64,000 nt of DNA from NCBI GenBank assembly GCA_963921275.4, contig OZ001293.3, forward strand, positions 3,904,001-3,968,000, given 5' to 3'. Source of the DNA: an uncultured Hormoscilla sp. (GTDB lineage Bacteria; Cyanobacteriota; Cyanobacteriia; Cyanobacteriales; Desertifilaceae). The position numbers and the translations under genes are program-made. Below are positions 62,647 to 64,000 of this stretch, in pieces; position 1 is the stretch's first letter; each line of letters starts with the position of its first letter. A model generated the notes under the pieces. It was not told the origin of the DNA. It searched no databases and worked only from the letters and a program-made list of their open reading frames with translations.

Positions 62647-62833
62647 GTGAAACCTACATTTTGAAAGATCGAGGCAGGAAATCTAAAATCGGGAATCTGT
62701 GTCCCCTGGTAGGAGGACTCAGAAGGGATTGGATCCATAGGGTGACTTGACTAACGGCCATCTTCATAGTATCTAATAGTAGAAACTGCCTTCTTCCTGA
62801 TTTAAGCTGCCCAATCCCGAGGGGGTTGTTGCC

Positions 62834-64000
62834 ATGAAATTACCTTTTGGTCGTCCGACCCCGAGTCGCCGGGTCGAACCCCCTGAAGCTGCCAGTTCGG
62901 GTTTAGGAACCTTCGGTGGGGTCTATACACCATCGCTCCTCACCATCCTGGGCGTGATCATGTACTTGCGCTTTGGCTGGGTAGTCGGTAATGTGGGTTT
63001 GATCGGCACTCTGCTCGTCGTTACCCTCTCGACATCGATTACCTTTTTGACTTCCCTGTCCATCTGCGCGATCGCCACTGACCGGGTAGTGCGGGCAGGG
63101 GGTGCCTATCACATGATTAGCCGTTCTCTGGGCATTGAAACGGGAGGTGCGGTGGGCATCCCCCTCTATTTTGCCCAAGCGCTTTCGGTAGCCCTCTATA
63201 CCATCGGTTTTGCGGAGAGCGTGGTGCAAACCTTCGGTGGACTGAATCAACTGTATGTAGCGCTGATTACCACCATTGCCGTAGCAGTCCTGGCTCTGAC
63301 TTCAGCTAGCATCGCGATCAAGGCCCAGTATTTGATTATGGGAGCGATCGCTCTATCCTTGCTGTCTTTGCTGTTCGGACAGCCGATCGAAAATAGCAAT
63401 ATGGAAATGTGGGGCGCACCAGCAAGTGATTCAGAACCATTTTGGACGGTTTTTGCCATCTTCTTCCCCGCCGTGACGGGCATCATGTCGGGGATAAATA
63501 TGTCGGGAGACCTTAAAGATCCGACTCGTTCCATTCCCATTGGGACTCTAGCCGCTGTAGGCACGGGATATGTGATATATATGGTGCTACCGATTATACT
63601 AGCAATGCGGGCAGATGCAAGCACCCTCATTGCCGAACCCTTGATTATGAAGCAGATGGCGTTTTGGGGAGATGCCATCTTGCTGGGGGTGTGGGGGGCG
63701 ACTCTCTCTAGCGCCCTGGGGATTATTCTGGGTGCGCCTCGGGTGTTGCAGGCATTGGCCAGAGATGGGGTATTGCCCCGTTGGCTGAGTTTTCTGGGCA
63801 CGGGTAGCGGGCGAGATGACGAACCCCGTGTCGGTACTGCTGTTACTTTGGGGGTGGCGATCGCGGTTATCTGCATCGGGGACTTAAACTTAATCGCCCC
63901 AGTGCTGACGATGTTCTTTCTGACTACCTATATGGTACTGAATGTCTCCGCAGGCATCGAAGGTTTCCTGCAAAGTCCCTCCTTCCGTCCCACATTTCGG
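62834..64000 (+). CDS. Cation-chloride cotransporter / amino-acid permease (runs off the window)
   Basis: Not in the ORF track; translates as GLGTFGGVYTPSLLTILGVIMYLRFGWVVG...FFPAVTGIMSGINMSGDLKDP. Confidence 0.88.
   Translation, partial: MKLPFGRPTPSRRVEPPEAASSGLGTFGGVYTPSLLTILGVIMYLRFGWVVGNVGLIGTLLVVTLSTSITFLTSLSICAIATDRVVRAGGAYHMISRSLGIETGGAVGIPLYFAQALSVALYTIGFAESVVQTFGGLNQLYVALITTIAVAVLALTSASIAIKAQYLIMGAIALSLLSLLFGQPIENSNMEMWGAPASDSEPFWTVFAIFFPAVTGIMSGINMSGDLKDPTRSIPIGTLAAVGTGYVIYMVLPIILAMRADASTLIAEPLIMKQMAFWGDAILLGVWGATLSSALGIILGAPRVLQALARDGVLPRWLSFLGTGSGRDDEPRVGTAVTLGVAIAVICIGDLNLIAPVLTMFFLTTYMVLNVSAGIEGFLQSPSFRPTFR

Noticed and set aside
62903..63876. Minus-strand ORFs 62903-63250 and 63247-63876
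   Set aside because: Shadows of the plus-strand transporter starting at 62834.

Overview
64-kb window from a filamentous cyanobacterium (abundant HIP1 GCGATCGC sites, heptamer STRR arrays, cobQ/crtH/upp/aroE/pacS-type genes). It shows heavy genome decay: at least ten pseudogenes, IS630 and IS4 remnants, several MITEs and ~24-nt dispersed insertions. The main signal is seven ORF-less group II (IIB-like) intron copies from two related families (A, 835 nt; B, 871 nt), with no reverse transcriptase in the window. They sit in a hybrid histidine kinase (and its duplicate), a DUF4126-like gene, a vapC toxin, a GAF-domain gene (antisense) and an IS4 remnant. Reading-frame restoration at five independent sites places their 3' ends at ...ACCCCGACT (A) and ...ACCCCATCC (B) rather than at the canonical AY, and a J2/3 gamma-gamma' covariation agrees. 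Other notable items: a TIR-bounded element carrying a four-helix-bundle gene, a repeat-flanked toxin-like/EF-G-domain-IV-like gene pair, and a 24-nt insertion that either stops or extends a protein depending on orientation. All calls come from reading the sequence by eye; no searches were run.
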